A stretch of 52,187 nucleotides of DNA from Bacillota bacterium (GTDB lineage Bacteria > Bacillota > Sulfobacillia > SLMV01): contig JAWODQ010000024.1 of the NCBI GenBank assembly GCA_046483165.1, positions 1 through 52,187 on the forward strand. The letters are read 5' to 3'. This document shows, one piece after another, positions 51,198 to 52,187 of the stretch (the stretch's first letter is position 1; every line of letters starts with the position of its first letter). Made by a program: the position numbers and the translations under genes. Under the pieces are notes generated by a model. The model saw nothing but the letters and a program-made list of their open reading frames with translations. It searched no databases and was not told where the DNA came from.

Positions 51198-52187
51198 TTG
51201 GATATCTTCACCACCGAAGATCTACTGAATATTATAGAACACGAGGAACCCTATTCCGTGTCGCTGTTCATGCCGACCCATCGTTCGGGAGCCGAGGTCC
51301 AACAGGATCCCATAAGGTTTAAGAATCTTCTGAAGAAAGCTCGAGAAGACCTGGTGGCTTTGGGTTTACGAGGTCCCGAAGCGGACGATCTTCTGGAAAA
51401 GCCCCGCCAATTGGGGTCAGATGCCATGTTCTGGAGCCACCAGAGCGACGGGCTTGCCCTGTTTGTGGCACCTAACTTCTGGAACTATTATCGCGTGCCG
51501 AGGGAATTTCCCGAAATGGTCTCGGTCGGGGAACGGTTTCTGATAAAACCCCTGATCCCACTGATTACCGGAGATGGCAGGTTCTATCTTCTCGCCATAA
51601 GCCAAAACGAGCTGCGCCTGTTCCAGGGATCGAAATTCAGCCTTACTGCCGTGGAAGATACGGGCAACATGCCCGAGAACCTGGCGGATGCCCTCAAGTA
51701 CGATGATCCCGAACCGCAGCTGCAATCGCGTATAGGAGGACCGACCCGCGATGGCCGCGGCGCGGCCATCTTCCACGGGCACGGAGATGCCTCCGAGGAG
51801 GCAAAGAGCGACATTCTCCGGTACTTCGAGCTGGTAGATAAGGGATTGACGGAGCTGCTGGCGGGAGACCATGCGCCACTCGTGCTCGCCGGGGTGGATT
51901 ACCTTCTGCCAATATATCGCGAGGCCAACAGCTATCCCCATCTGCTGGAGGAGGGCGTTCGGGGTAATCCGGACCGGGAGGCGGAAGAAGATCTCCACCA
52001 CAAGGCGTGGGAGATCGTGAAGCCCGTCTTCCTCGAGGAAGTAGATGCCGCCTTGGAGCGCTACCGGGAGCTGGCCGGCACCGGCATGACCTCCGACAAT
52101 ATCAAGGAGATAGTTCCGGCCGCAGCCCACGGAAGAGTAGATACCCTGCTCGTCGCCGAAGGTGCGCACCTTTGGGGAGACTTCGAT
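51198..52187 (+). CDS. Open-ended CDS (3' end outside the window); bacterial eRF1/Pelota-like 'baeRF'-family-like protein (tentative)
   Basis: This ORF is absent from the track because it has no stop within the window. TTG 51198 lies about 7 nt after GAGAGGGGGA, and 330 codons stay open to the window end. Translation: LDIFTTEDLLNIIEHEEPYSVSLFMPTHRSGAEVQQDPIRFKNLLKKAREDLVALGLRGPEADDLLEKPRQLGSDAMFWSHQSDGLALFVAPNFWNYYRVPREFPEMVSVGERFLIKPLIPLITGDGRFYLLAISQNELRLF... The composition is clean and protein-like, whereas the antisense 51417..52169 ORF is not. Confidence 0.7.
   Translation, partial: MDIFTTEDLLNIIEHEEPYSVSLFMPTHRSGAEVQQDPIRFKNLLKKAREDLVALGLRGPEADDLLEKPRQLGSDAMFWSHQSDGLALFVAPNFWNYYRVPREFPEMVSVGERFLIKPLIPLITGDGRFYLLAISQNELRLFQGSKFSLTAVEDTGNMPENLADALKYDDPEPQLQSRIGGPTRDGRGAAIFHGHGDASEEAKSDILRYFELVDKGLTELLAGDHAPLVLAGVDYLLPIYREANSYPHLLEEGVRGNPDREAEEDLHHKAWEIVKPVFLEEVDAALERYRELAGTGMTSDNIKEIVPAAAHGRVDTLLVAEGAHLWGDFD

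Noticed and set aside
51417-52169. 250-aa track ORF on the minus strand at the right edge
   Set aside because: The plus strand carries a cleaner, SD-preceded frame open to the window end with family-like motifs. The minus-strand translation looks random.
1-52187. Mobile elements, prophage, defence islands, CRISPR-Cas, toxin-antitoxin pairs
   Set aside because: I recognised no transposase, integrase, recombinase, terminal inverted repeats, cas genes, or nuclease/helicase/methylase defence modules in any frame. The window looks like core or accessory metabolism and signalling.

Overview
This is a 52.2-kb, high-GC (about 60% by eye), densely coding bacterial chromosomal segment. I call about 45 CDS. 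Most have GGAGG-type Shine-Dalgarno sites, and GTG or TTG starts are very frequent. I found no rRNA, tRNA, CRISPR array, transposase, integrase, phage gene or recognisable defence gene.

Content:
- NAD metabolism: nadE fragment at the left edge, and a nadC-nadA-niaR operon near the right edge.
- D-amino-acid and cell-wall genes: alr coupled to a FemAB-family gene, and murI.
- Many peptidases and amidohydrolases: M20, M81, GGT, two beta-lactamase-fold serine hydrolases, and four amidohydrolases (three amidohydrolase-superfamily CDS plus one Amidohydro_2-type).
- Transporters: ZupT, a FolT-like ECF S-component, an MFS transporter, a MATE-like protein and an orphan HlyD-type adaptor.
- Anaerobe-type redox enzymes: tungsten-type aldehyde:ferredoxin oxidoreductase, a DUF362-ferredoxin fusion and two QueG/RdhA-like Fe-S proteins.
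- A striking c-di-GMP signalling cluster.

The gene content suggests an anaerobic, Gram-positive-type organism, but that is inference only.

Most interesting observations:
1. A co-directional four-gene cluster at 16437-23887. It holds two consecutive GGDEF+HD-GYP hybrid enzymes (the first carrying an N-terminal MEDS sensor plus PAS and GAF domains), a GT4 glycosyltransferase and a stand-alone LigD 3'-phosphoesterase.
2. An open-ended CDS at the right edge (51198->52187) that the ORF track misses. It looks like a bacterial eRF1/Pelota-like (baeRF) protein.
3. A probable NiaR operator overlapping the nadC promoter.
4. An internally duplicated, orphan HlyD-type adaptor.
5. A DUF1576 membrane protein tightly coupled to a minimal GHKL ATPase.
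6. A candidate THF-riboswitch-like leader upstream of folT.

I did not find a clearly self-contained novel system such as a defence island, a retron or a new CRISPR type. All family assignments rest on motif recognition by eye and need HMM or BLAST confirmation.
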